Source of the DNA: the human T2T-CHM13v2.0 reference genome, Homo sapiens
Reading direction: 5' to 3' (one strand)
DNA length: 64,000 nt
Assembly: GCF_009914755.1 (NCBI RefSeq)
Contig: NC_060925.1
The notes below the pieces were generated by a model that saw nothing but the letters and a program-made list of their open reading frames with translations, was not told the origin of the DNA and made no database searches. Shown here in pieces: positions 39,240-51,730 of this stretch. Each line of letters starts with the position of its first letter. Position 1 is the stretch's first letter. A program made the translations under genes and the position numbers.

Positions 39240-42200
39240 ATGACAGGATCAAATTCACACATAACAATATTAACCTTAAATGTAAATGGGCTAAATGGCC
39301 CAATTAAAAGACACAGATGGGCAAATTGGATAAAGGATCAAGACCCATTGGTGTGCTGTATTCAGAAGACCCATCTCACGTGCAAAGACACACATAGGTT
39401 CAAAATAAAGGGATGGAGGAATATTTACCAAGCAAATGGAAAGCAAAAAACAGCAGGGGTTGCAATCCTAGTCTCTGACAAAACAGACTTTAAACCAACA
39501 AAGATCAAGAAAGACAAAGAAGGGCATTATGTAATGGTAAAATAATCCATTCAACAAGAAGAGCTAACTATCCTAAATATATATGCACCCAATGCAGGAG
39601 CACCTAGATTCATAAAACAAGTTCTTAGAGATCTACAAAGAGACTTAGATTCCCACACAATAATAGTGGGAGACTTTAACAGTCCACGGTCAACATTGCA
39701 CAGATGAACAAGACAGAAAATTAGCAAGGATATTCAGGACTTCAACTCAGCTCTGGATCAAGTGGACCTAATAGACACGTACAGAAGACTCCCTGACAAA
39801 TCAACAGAATATACATTCTTCTCAGTGCCACATGATGCTTAGTCTAAAATCTACCACATATTTTGAAGTAAAGTATACCTCAGCAAATGTAAAAGAACTG
39901 AAATCATAACAAACAGTCTCTCAGATCACAGTGCAATAAAATTAAAACTCAGGATTAAGAAACTCATTCAAAACCACACAACTACATGGAAATTGCAACC
40001 TGCTCCTGAATGACTCCTGGGGAAATAATGAAATTAAGGCAGAAATCAAGAAGTTCTTTGAAACCAATGAGAACCGAGAGACAATGTACCAGAATCTCTG
40101 GGACACAGCTAAGCAGTGCAAAGAGGGAAATTTATAGCACCAAATACCCACATCAGAAAGCTAGAAAGATCTCAAATTGACACCCTAACATCACAATTAA
40201 AAGAGCTACAGAAGAAAGAGAAAAGAAATCCAAAAGCTAGCAGAAGGCAAGAAATAAGATCAGAGCAGAACTGAAGGAGATAGAGACATACACAAAAGAA
40301 AACCTTCAAAAAATCAATGAATCCAGGATGAGGGTTTTTGAAAAGATTAACAAAATAGACTGCTAGCTAGAGTAATAAAGAAAAGAGAGAAGAATCAAAT
40401 AGATGCAATAAAAAATGATAAAGGGGATATCACCACTGACCCCACAGAAATACAAGCTACCATCAGAGAATGCTATAAACACCTCTACATAAATAAACCA
40501 CAAAATCTAGAAGAAATGGATAGATTCCTGGACACATACACCCTCCCAAAACTAAACCAAGAAGAAGTCGAATCTTGGAATAGCCCAATAACAAGTTCTG
40601 AAATTGAGGAAGTATTTAATAGCCTACCAACCAAAAAAAGCTCAGGATCAGACAGATTCACAGCTGAATTCTACCAGGGATACAAAGAGGAGCTGGTACC
40701 ATTCCTTCTGAAACTATTCCAAAAATTGAAAATGAGGGACTCCTCCCTAACTCTTTTTATGAGGCCAGCATCATACTGATACCCAAACCTGGCAGAGACA
40801 CAACAAAAAAAGAAAATTGTAGGCTAATGTCCCTGATGAACATCGATGCACAAATCCTCAAAAAAATACTGGCAAACCAAATCCCGTAGCATATCAAAAA
40901 GCTTATCCACAACAATCAAGTTGGCTTCATCCCTGGGATGTAAGACTGGTTCAACATAGGCCAATCAATACACATAATCCATCACATAAACAGAACCAAT
41001 GACAAAAATCACATGATCATCTCAATAGACGCAGAAAAGGCCTTTGATAAAATTTACAATCCCTTCATGTTAAAAACTCTCAATAAATTAGGCATTGAAG
41101 GAACATATCTCAAAATAATAGGAGCTATTTATGATAATCCCACGGTCAATATCATATTGAATGGGCAAACCTGGAACCATTCCTTATGAAAACCGGCACA
41201 AGACAAGGATGCCCTCTCTCTCCACACCTATTCAACATAGTATTGGAAGTTCTAGCCAGGGCCATCAGGCAAGAGAAAGAAATAAAGTGTATTCAAATAG
41301 GAAGAGAGGAACTCAAATTGTCTCTGTTCGCAGATGACATGATTGTATATTTAGGAAACCCCATCGTCTCAGCCCAAATCTCCTTAAGCTGATAAGCAAC
41401 TTTAGCAACGTCTCAGGACACAAAATCAATGGCAAAAGTCACACGAATTTGTATACACCAACAATAGACAAGCAGAGAGCCAAATCATGAGTGAACTCCC
41501 ATTCACAGTTGCTACAAAGAGAATAAAATACTGAGGAATACAGCTAACAAGGGATGTGAAGGACCTTTTCAAGGAGACTTACAAACCACTGCTCAAGAAA
41601 ATAAGAGAGGACACAAATGAATGGAGAAACAGTCCATACTCATGGATAGCAAGAATCAATATCATGAAAATGGCCATACTGCCCAAAGTAATTTATAGAT
41701 TCAATGCTATTCTCATCAAACTATCATTGACATTATTCACAGAATCAGAAAAAACTACTTTAAATTTCATATGGAACCAAAAAAGAGCCTGTATAGCCAA
41801 GACAATTCTAAGCAAAAAGAACAAAGCTGGAGGCATCACGCTACCTGACTTCAAACTATACTACAAGGCGCAGTAACCAAAACAGCATGGTACTAGTACC
41901 AAAACAGACATATAGACCAATGGAACAGAACAGAGACCTCAGAAATAACAATACACATCTACAATCTTCTGATCTTTGACAAACAGGCCCAAATCAAGCA
42001 AAGGGGAAAGAATCCCTATTTCATAAATGATACTGGAGAAACTGGCTAGCCATATGCAGAAAACTGAAACTGGACCCCTTCCTTACACCTTATACAAAAA
42101 TTAACTCAACATCAACTAAAGACTTGAATGTACATCAGAAAATCATACCCTAAAAGAAAACCTAGGCAATACCATTCAGGACATAGGCATGGGCAAAGAC

Positions 42201-43050
42201 TTCATGATGAAAATGCCAAGATCAATTGCAGCAAAAGCCAAAACTGACAAATGTGATTTAATTGAACTAAAGAGCTTCTGCACAGCAAAAGAAACTATCA
42301 TCAGAGTGAACAGGCAACCTACAGAATTGGAGAAAATTTTTGCAATCTACCCATCTGACAAAGGTCTGATATCAAAAATCTACAAGGAACTTAAACAAAT
42401 TTACAAGAAAAAACAACCCCATCAAAAAGTGGGCAAAGGCTGTGAACAGACACTTCTCAAAAGAAGACATTTGTGTGGCCCACAAACATATGAAAAAAAG
42501 CTCAACATCACTGATTATTAGAGAAATGCAAATCAAAACCACAATGAGTTACCATCTCACACCAGTTAGAATGGCAATCTTTAAAAAGTCAGGAAACAAG
42601 TGCTGAAGTGGATGTGGAGAAATAGGAATGCTTTTACACTGTTGGTGGGAGTGTAAACAAGTTCAACCATTGTGGAAGACAGTGTGGTGATTCCTCAAGG
42701 ATCTAGAACTAGAAATACCATTTGACCCAGCGATCTCATTACTGGATATATACCCAAAGGATTATAAATCATGCTACTATAAAGACACATGCACACATAT
42801 TGTGCACACGTTTATTGCGGCACTATTCACAATAGCGAAGACTTGGAACCAACCCAAATGTCCATCAATGATAGACTGGATTAAGAAAATGTGGCACATA
42901 TACACCATGGAATACTTTGCTGCCATAAAAAAGGATGAGATAATCTCCTTTGCAAGGACATGGATGAAGCTGGAAACCATCACTCTCAGCAAACTAACAC
43001 AGGAACAGAAAACCAAACACCACATGTTCTCCCTCATAAGTGGGAGTTGA
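39240..43050 (+). pseudogene. Disrupted L1 ORF2 (EN/RT)
   Basis: MTGSNSHITILTLNVNGLN..., [16 protein letters not shown]; many stops and frameshifts. Confidence 0.93.
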
Positions 43051-43633
43051 ACAATGAGAACACATGGACACAGGGATAGGAACAACACACACACTGGGGC
43101 CTGTCAGGGGGTAGGGGGCAAGGGGAGGGAGAGCATTACGACAAATAGCTAATGCATGCAGGGCTTAAGACCTAGGTGATGGCGTGATAGGTGCAGCAAA
43201 CCACCATGGCACACAGATACCTATGTAACAAACCTACACGTTCTGCACTTGTATCCCAGAACTTAAAGTAAAAAACAAAACAAAACCAAAATTTCCAATT
43301 TAACAATCTATTACACTGGGAATACAAAGTAATTTCTAGTATGATGCTGGGCACACAAAGTAAGCTATATTCTGTGGCTTCAGGAAGCTCCAGGTCCAGT
43401 GGAGCTTCCGACTCATGGGTCTAATTTTGGTCTTCCTGCCATCAGCCTTTGTGGTTGCCCTGGTCCTCTCTCTCTGGTTATTAATTCATATTGCTTCATT
43501 TTTTTTTCTCTTTTGTCTTCTCCATGCTACTCTTATCATCTCTCTTTCTCTTGTCCGTCTTTTTATTTTTCATCCTTTTCTTTCTCCCTGCCTCTCTCCC
43601 TCTTGTCTTTCCTCTTCTCCTTTCACACATGCA

Positions 43634-43847
43634 CAGTTTATGTCCTTACTATGCTCAAAGAAATATCTCTTGATTCTGTTACTTCTTTATCCTTCTTATT
43701 CCTTCTCTTCTCAGTGTCTAAACCAATGGGTTACTTTATCAGTTTATGCCCTTACTATGCTCAAAGAAATATCTCTTGATTCTATTACTTCTTTATCCTT
43801 CTTATTTCTTCTCTTCTCAGTTTCTAAACAAATGGGTTACTTTATCA
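43634..43847 (+). repeat. 106-bp tandem duplication (2 copies)
   Basis: cagtttatg.ccttactatgctcaaag...gggttactttatc repeated at 43634 and 43740; 5 substitutions. Confidence 0.95.
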
Positions 43848-44199
43848 CTACAATGATTTCATTTTCTGTAATATTTACCTCTTGAATATTCCAGTTTGAC
43901 TTTCCTCCTCATCATTCTTTGAAGTCTTCCTACCTTCAGCTATCTATGTAATCACAGATATTTAATAATTATTTGATGCCACAAATACAAAGATCTATAC
44001 ACTTTGATTTTAGTTGCCCAACTTCTTTTGGCTTCTCTTTGGCAGTTCTTAGTAAATTTTGTTTTGGGGATGCCCATTCTCAAGGACAGGGGTATACTTA
44101 CCTATTTTTGCTTCCAAACTGAACATCAAAACAAAGCATCTGACAAATGTTTGGAATGATGAAATGAATGGATGCAAAGCTCACACTTGTATTATTTGT

Positions 44200-46130
44200 G
44201 TCATTCATTCATTTATTAATTTTTAAACAAATTTATATATAGGGTTTTTGCTGTGTGCCAGACCCTGTTTTAGGTGGTAGGCATCCAATATAGCCATGGT
44301 TCTTGTTCTCATGGAATGTATATTCTAAAAGAGGAAGAGGGAGCAGGAAATAGACAAACACATAAAAGTACTAATTTCAGATGGTTATAAATGTTATGAG
44401 GGAATTAAAGTAGGAGGTTGTTAGAGAGAGTGATAGAGGAGGTGGGATTAGTGGGCTATTTTAGGTAGGAGTTCAGAGGAGTTACTCTGAGGTGGTTACA
44501 TTTAACCTGAGACCCATTGTGATCAGAAGAAACCAAACATGGGACGATCCAGAAGAAGAACCTTGCAGGTAGAACACACAGTTAGTGCAAACATTTGAAA
44601 TGAGACAAATCTCAGTGTGTTCAGAAAACAGAAAGCTAGTGTGCCTGAATTTTAATAAGTCAGAGAAATGAGCTCATACATGTCAGGGGTCAAATTATAC
44701 AGGGTTTTAAAGGCAGCAGAAGGAGAAATGGGGAACCATTGGGAAGTTGTAAACAGGAAAGGGACATGATCTGATTAATATTTTAAAATATTTCGTTGGC
44801 AGCCAAAGGGAACAATTAGGAGGCTATTGCATAAGATCAGGTGATAGATGAATGTGTCATGAGCTAGAGTGGCCGGAGTGGTGATGGACATAAATGAATT
44901 TGAGACATTCTCTGGAGTTAGAGTTGATGGACCTCATAATTTGTTATAGGGGATTATCAGAGAAAGAGGTGAAGAATGACTTTTAGGTTTTGGTTTAGAA
45001 ACTTGGTACACAATAATGCCATTGCTGAAATGGGGATGACTGGAAGAGGAGCAGAATAGGAGGTAGAAAATTAAGCACTCTATTTGGACACATTGTATTT
45101 GAGATTTTGATTAGAGCTTCATGTAGAAATGCCAACTAGGCAGTTGGACAGCCAACTAAGGTTTAAGGGTGAAATTTGTACTGGAGGTCTCCCTTGGAAG
45201 TCATCAGTCTATAGATGGCGTTGAAGCCATGAAACTGGATGAGATCCCAAGCGAGTGAGGAAAGATAGAAAGGAGGGGTCTTTAGACCCAGTGTGGGACA
45301 TACCAGGGTTTAGAGGGGAAGCTGAGGATGATGAGCTGGCAAAAGAGATCAAAAAGGAGACATCTGTGGTTTGTAGGAAAACCAGGATATTGTGGTGTAT
45401 TAGTCTGTTCTCACACTACTATGAAGAACTGCCCGGGAATGGGTAACTTATAAAGGAAATAGGCTTAATTGACTCACAGTTCTGAATTGTTGGAGAGGCC
45501 TCAGGAAACTTATAATCATGGTGGAAGGGGAAGCAGGCACATCTTACATGGCAGCAGAAGGGAGAGAGAGTGAAAGGGGAAGAGACCCTTATAAAATCAT
45601 CAGATATCATGATAACTGACTCATTATCATGAGAATAGCATGGGGGAAACTGCCCCCATGATCCAATCACCTCTCACCAAGTTCCTCCCTTGACACGTGG
45701 GGATTACAATTCGAGATGAGATTTGGGTAGGGACACAGAGCCAAATCATATCATGTGGTGTCATAAATGACAAAAGAAGAGCTTATTTTAGTGAGGTGGT
45801 GGTTGAGAAGTTGAGTTGGATGAGGTCAGAAAAATGATCACCGTGTTTGGCAATGTGGAGTTTACTGGTGACCTTGAAAAGAGCAGTCACTGTGCAATGG
45901 TGGGAACAGAAATCTGATTAAGGTAGGAAGAAGAGAGATTGGGAAGTGAGGAAATGGATATGATGACCATTGATAGCTTTCCAGACGTTTTGCTGTGAAA
46001 TGAGAGCAATAGCTGGACAGAAACGGAATCGAGAGGAGATTGTTGTTTATGTTATTCGTTATGGAGAATTTTCACGCTTCCTGGGGATATTTATCTATTT
46101 CTTAGAGCAAGGGAAAAATTGGTGTTAGGA
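44200..46130 (-). mobile_element. Long L2 fragment, split by a THE1D LTR
   Basis: tcattcattcatttatt...tgtgtgccagaccctg; ggaggctattgc; tagg cagttgga; ctggtgaccttg. Confidence 0.8.
45396..45753 (-). mobile_element. THE1D/MSTA-like solo LTR
   Basis: tgtattagtctgttctcac...ccaaatcatatca; perfect 5-bp TSD tgtgg (45391-45395 / 45754-45758). Confidence 0.93.
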
Positions 46131-47569
46131 GGAAAGTTCCTGAGATGGCACCTGATCCGTTTATTTTTTTTTTTCTTTTCCAGACATTTTTTCCTTGTAT
46201 AAGTAAATGGTTACCTAGTTTTGCAAAGATAACTATGACATAAACCTCTTCTTGTTGTTGTGGAAGTGTTTGAGACTTTTTCTACCTTCCATAACAAACT
46301 ACAAGACTTTTCAAGGAAATATTTTCCTGCATTGTTGTAGTATCTCTTCATAGCCAAATCTAGGGCTGTAAAGCTTTGGGCAGAAAGTGATTGTTCCATG
46401 TCTTTCTGGGACTAAGCTAAATTTTGAATTTGGAAGCATATTTTAATAGTTGAATGTGCTGGTTTCTGTCTATACGACTCTGGTGGGCTAGTAGTTACTG
46501 TGCCTAGTGACTCTGGATTCAAAACAGAGACTTGTATGATTTAAAGGAATGTAAAGATGTACAAAGAATGGAATGGGGTACTGTGGTTTTCATAGCATCC
46601 ATGGCTTGAATAATAGACGTGTCTTAAAAGTTTATTTTAGAAGTAGAATTAGAGTTTATGAGTTTTTTTTAAATATATATATTTGGAATAAAAGAAATGT
46701 ACTCATGAGCTAGGGAGTAGTATCATGGGCTTATCCTGAACAAGCCAAGGTGAACAGGTACCAATCTATTCTTTGCAGAGCTGGGTTTTGTGCAGCAAAT
46801 TGGAATTACTCAAGTTCCTCAATACAGTCTGTGCAACATGAAAAGTCAGTATAGAAAATCCTTATTGACTTGGTGATATGGCTGTGTGATGAAAGCAGTA
46901 ATCATGTTTAGACCAGCTATGAAACAAAATGCAATCCTCACACTCGCTCACTGCCCATGATAGGATTATATTCTGATTGACTGAAAATGTGGTCAGCAGG
47001 AGGATCATTTGGCGGCAGAAGAGGCCGATTTTTCTGATGATCTAGAAATCAGATTTTGATTCTGATGATTAGATATTTGGCTTATAGTCTTCTCACTCCT
47101 AAAAAATGCTGCCAAGGTCAGTCTGTCTTATATACTTTGGAGAATGAATGAATAATGGTTTATTATAACAACAAATAAGTCAACTAAAGCCTCACGACTC
47201 AATGCTGTTATCCTTCACCAGGCAAATTCAGCCCTCCTGTCTAGATGGGTAGTGTGAGATTTAAGGATGCTGGAGAGCTGCCATTTAGCTATTTAGCTTT
47301 ATTCTTTGAGGAAAGACTATAGACATTTATTTTGAGGGGAATTTAACTTTAAGAATATGTCAAATATTGAAATGCTCATGGAATAGTCTTTTAAAATAAG
47401 TTTCTGATAGGATTCTTTAAGTTTAAACTGAGAATTTTTTATTATAAAAGTAGTAATATATTTAAGTTGAAAACCAAACAGTGTAGAAAAGTATGAAATA
47501 AAAGTCCTATGCAAGCTCCAAACTCATCTCCACTTCCCAAAGAGAAGCACTGTGATAATCTCTGTGTGT

Positions 47570-47800
47570 AGTGCCTATTATGAGTCGGGCACTGTGCTAA
47601 ATTCTTTATAAGACCACTTTCTTTAGCCCTCACAACAACCCTATGAAGTACATACTGTTACTATTCCCATTTTAAATATGGGGAAACTGAAACTGAGGCA
47701 CAGAGAAGGTAAGGATCTAAGTTCATGTAGTTTATTAGTTGAGGAGCTGTTTGTAAACTGGGGATGTCCATTTCCAGATGTCATGCTCGTAATCCCTGCC
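47570..47800 (-). mobile_element. MIR
   Basis: ctcacaacaaccctatga...cccatttt...gaaactgaggcacagagaaggtaag. Confidence 0.75.
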
Positions 47801-47846
47801 CATTTATGTTTCTTAGTCATTTTCCATAGAAGTACATGTAGATCCA

Positions 47847-48061
47847 TGCGTTCTCATTGTTCAGCTCCCAGTTATGAGTGAGAACATGGGGCCTATCGGA
47901 GGGTGGGAGGCTAAGGGAGGGATAGCATTAGGAGAAATACCTAATGTAGATGACGGGTTGATGGGTGCAGCAAACCACCATGGCACGTGTATACCTATGT
48001 AACAAAACTGAATGTTCTGCAATGTACCCCAGAACTTAAAGTATAATAATAATAATAATAA
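47847..48061 (+). mobile_element. About 215-bp L1PA 3'-end insertion with 5' inversion (twin priming)
   Basis: Inverted piece 47847-47888, sense piece 47889-48045, (AAT)n tail; perfect TSD aagtacatgtagatcca (47830-47846 / 48062-48078). Confidence 0.93.
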
Positions 48062-48079
48062 AAGTACATGTAGATCCAC

Positions 48080-49270
48080 CTTGTTCTTCCTCGTGGCTGG
48101 CATAATAGTTTATGGTATGGATGTGCCATAAGCATTTACCTAACTCCTGCTGAAGGTTGTCTTCAGATTTTTACCATTACAAAATATCCTTCTACAGATA
48201 CCTTTACACCCATAATCAAATATTTTTGTTGGGATAAATCCATATACATTGACTCCATTAATCAAAGGCCATAGCATTTCTCACTTGAGTTAATATTGTC
48301 AAAGTTGCCCCAGAGTTTTTAAAATTTGTAGTCTCACTGACAATGCATAAGATTCAAGATTAGGTACTGTATTATGAAATTATTCAAGTCATTGCTAATC
48401 TGTAAACAATGGTATACTTTTTTGTTTTAATTTGCATTTATTATGAGTGATATTGACTATCTTTTCACATATTTACAGGCTATTTATATTTGTTTTAATA
48501 TAAATTGCTGGCTTATGTTCTTTCCCCATTTTTCTGTTGAGTTATTCTCTTTTTCATATTGATATTCCTCTGTTTCATGTGTTGCAATTTTTTTCCAATT
48601 TAAAAATTTCTACTTTGACTTGTTAAAAAGAATGTTTTGATTTTAAGTATTCAAATTTAGCAACCTCTTTCTTTATGGCTAATATTTTGTTCTTCATGTT
48701 TAGGAAGGCTTTTCCCATTCTTGGCTAATAATGAAAACGTATTCACCTATCTATTATTTTAGTATTTTGGTGCTTTCTTTGAATTTTTGTTCCATCTGCA
48801 ATGAATTGCTGTATTAGCAGCAACTTATTTTTGCTAATGATTATTTAATTGGTCCAACACTATAAAATACTTCCTCAATATTTATTTATTTATTTTTTCA
48901 AAAATATACTTATTTAATACATTATTTATGATTTTCCTTATAATATACCAGATATCTATATTTATAGGATCTGATTATACTTGCATCAGTAGCAAACTTT
49001 TTAATTACAATAGCTTTATATTATGCTTTCGTATCTAGTACAGTTATAATCCCTTAGTTCTCCTCTGACTATTCTCACGTATTTATTTTTCCAGATGAAC
49101 TTAAGTACCATTTTGCCAACTTGAAGCAATATATTTATTTCCAGGATAACTTAGGAGAAACTGATATCTTTATAATGCTGCCTTCCTATCCAAGAATAAT
49201 ATGTGCTTTCTGCTTATTCAAATCTTCTTCTAAGTCTTTCAGGAGAGTTTTAAGGTTCTTTTAGATAAGT
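48080..49270 (-). mobile_element. Ancient L1ME fragment
   Basis: tatggtatggatgtgccataa; gttttaatttgcattt; ttttccagatgaactt. Confidence 0.65.
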
Positions 49271-49617
49271 CCTTCTTATATTGCTTGAATTAGAATTCTC
49301 AGCAACAAACATAAAGAGACGCTGTGGCAATGCTCTGATTTGTTTTACTTCTGCCTCCCCCTGTTTGCTCCACATGTTTGCCCCACTTTGTACCATTTTC
49401 CTCCACTTCTGGCTCCCTGTTTCTTGGTCATTCCATCTGCTCATTTCGACGTTGGCTCTAGTGCAGAAGGAGAACATATCCAATGGTGGAAATGCAGAAT
49501 TAGAAGTTGATGATTGTTTTGCTTTGACCATTAGCTTCCTATGAAATAATGGAACTATGCCTGTGTTTCTTTCCCTTACTCCCTCAAAGACTCTAGAAAA
49601 ATAAGAAATTGCTTTAA

Positions 49618-49771
49618 TTAAGGGAGGGAGGGGAGCATGGGTTGAAAACTACCTATTGGGTACTGTGTTCACTATTTGGGTGATAGTTTCACTAGAAGCT
49701 CAAACCCCAGAATTATGTAATATACTCATGTAACAAACCTGCACATGTACCCCCGAATCTATAATTTAAAA
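49618..49771 (+). mobile_element. Short L1PB-like 3'-end insertion
   Basis: gggttgaaaactacctattgggtac...catgtaacaaacctgcacatgtacccc; TSD aagaaattgctttaa (49603-49617) / aagaaattgttttaa (49772-49786). Confidence 0.88.
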
Positions 49772-49827
49772 AAGAAATTGTTTTAACAAGTATTGAGGGG
49801 AATTTTGGTTTTGGAATAAAATAAACC

Positions 49828-50183
49828 AGTAGTTTGCAAAGTATGGTCCAGGAGCCTCCTGGTTAAAAATTGCCAAATGTGCTTGGTGAAAGTGTAGATT
49901 CCTGAGCCCATCCTTAGATATGAAAAATCAGAATCTTTAGAGGCAATGCCTGGGATTTTATATTTTCGGTAAATATGCCAAGTCAGTGCTTCTTCAACTG
50001 TAATCTCTATGTGCATCACGTGGGCATCTTTTAACAATGCAGGTGCTGATTCAGTAGGTTTGGGTGAAGCAAGATTCTATATTTCTAACTAGTTCTCAAG
50101 TGCAATGATGCAACTGGTCAGTGGCCACACTTTGAATACAAGGCTTTAGAGATTTTTTTTCTCCCTGAATGTGAGAACCACTG
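49828..50183. mobile_element. MER5A-family DNA transposon with a second MER5-family copy nested at about 49984-50144
   Basis: cagtagtttgcaaagtatggtcc...tcagaatct...gagaaccactg; the inner copy has ctgattcagtaggtttggg...ccacactttga. Confidence 0.7.
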
Positions 50184-51229
50184 AATTGAGCTAGAATGGG
50201 GCATTAAGGATAGAAAGAAGACTTTGCTTGAGAGGAGTCCTGTAGAAAGAGAATGTGTGCTTCCCTGCGTGGGGTATCCCCATATAAAACCCTGATCCCT
50301 ACCCCTCTTTCTATCACTTCCACATGATGGTTCAGTTTACCCTAATTCCTGAGCACGCTCTGTTTGATACAGGCAAGGGCTATAGCAACAGCTCTTCCAA
50401 GCCCTTCCTGGGAAGGTCCTGGCATGAGTCCTGGTGTGATAGACTTCAACAATGACCTTTTACTGAGGTGTGATCTGAGACTTGGTAGTGGGTATTCTGG
50501 GCCCACGTTACCCTTCCACTTGGACAGACTGCAGTAACGCGGTGTGGGCGGAGGGCTCCGGCACTGGGATATGTCTGGAATGTTGTATAGACTACTGCTA
50601 ATGAGCAGAATCAGAGGATAAAGACAAAGACTCCCTTCCATTAGTATTATTGACCAGGGGATGAGGGCCTGAATGACCCATTGAACTTTGCTTTGGCTTT
50701 TTCCAGCCTTCAGTGCACTTAATTCTCCCACAGGCCTTGCCAGCACTTTTTTGCTGATAATACTTGATGTTTGAGGTGGCTGGCCCTTGCTACAGAATCA
50801 GTGAGTCATGGAACATAACTTTCCTTTCTTATATATCACGCTGTTTCATTTGGGGACCACATCTACCGTTTTTCTCTCCATAAACTATAAGCTAACGTTG
50901 CTAAGTGAACAAGCCAGTCCAGCTCTCCTCAGCATAAAACAATCCTGAATAATTATCAACAGGGCTGCTGAATATGACTACATGTTGTGCAACAGCAGGG
51001 GATGGGATTCACGTATGTAAATGGCATTCCTAAGGTTCTACAGTGTAGTGGCTCTGATTCCAAGGTACTTGCAAAAATGGAGCTGGGAGGCTAATCTGGG
51101 TAGTAGGAAAATGTTGGTCAGACGAAAGACAATAGGAAGAGAAGAAATATATTTTGACTACCCAAGTTTTCTGTGCAAAACTGAAAGTGTGCCTCTCTTA
51201 CAAACGGCCCAAAAAATTGAGAATAAATG

Positions 51230-51730
51230 ATAAGATTGTATAGGACTTTTAGATGAAAATGACAGAAACCGAAATCAAAACAATTTAGACAAAAGGGTTT
51301 TATTGGCCTAGATAATCCAGGAAAGGACTGAGCAATCAAATACAGGGAGGACAGTGATACAGTTGAGCCCAGACACAACTGCAATCAGGGATTCAAATGC
51401 TTTCATTTCTCTGTATTGGCTTCATTCTCTTTGAAGGCTGCTTTCTTCTGTGCGGCAGAGAACATGGCCTACTGATAGCTCCCAAGTTGTACATTTTAAA
51501 TCTTTTGTTTCTAGACACTGATTCTCTTTCTTTGTTCCAGTGGGCAACACCTTGAGAAAAGACTCTGGTTGGCCTGGCTTGGACCAATTGGCTGTGGTCA
51601 GCATGGCAGCATTGTATAGAAAAATGGCAATTCCTCCACAGGAATCACATGGCCAGAGTGGAGTTAGGTTTGGAAAAATTCCCAGAAGAAGGAAAGCCTT
51701 CTGGGTAGGCTAAATAGCAGACGTCCACTC
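51230..51730 (-). mobile_element. MLT1J/K-like MaLR LTR
   Basis: gacagaaacc...ttattggc...tattggcttcattctc...ctggttggcctggcttgg...cagacgtccact. Confidence 0.6.

Larger units (their letters stand above)
36918..43286 (+). mobile_element. Full-length L1PA8-like LINE-1
   Basis: 5' ggggctaagatgg..., ORF1, ORF2, 3'UTR and A-rich tail; TSD caaaagttccaattta (36902-36917) / caaaatttccaattta (43287-43302). Confidence 0.96.

Noticed and set aside
9980-43286. High similarity of 9980-13320 to 39920-43270 as a segmental duplication
   Set aside because: Independent L1PA insertions, each with its own TSD and distinct 3'UTR diagnostics.
36918-43286. Potentially active L1
   Set aside because: Both ORFs carry many stops and frameshifts, and ORF1 has a deletion.
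43399-43885. 126-156 aa hydrophobic ORFs resembling membrane proteins
   Set aside because: Translation of low-complexity CT-rich DNA plus the 106-bp duplication.
50530-50815. GC box (gggcgg), small CpG cluster and AP-1 motif (tgagtca) as a promoter
   Set aside because: Far too short for a CpG island; such motifs are expected by chance in 64 kb.
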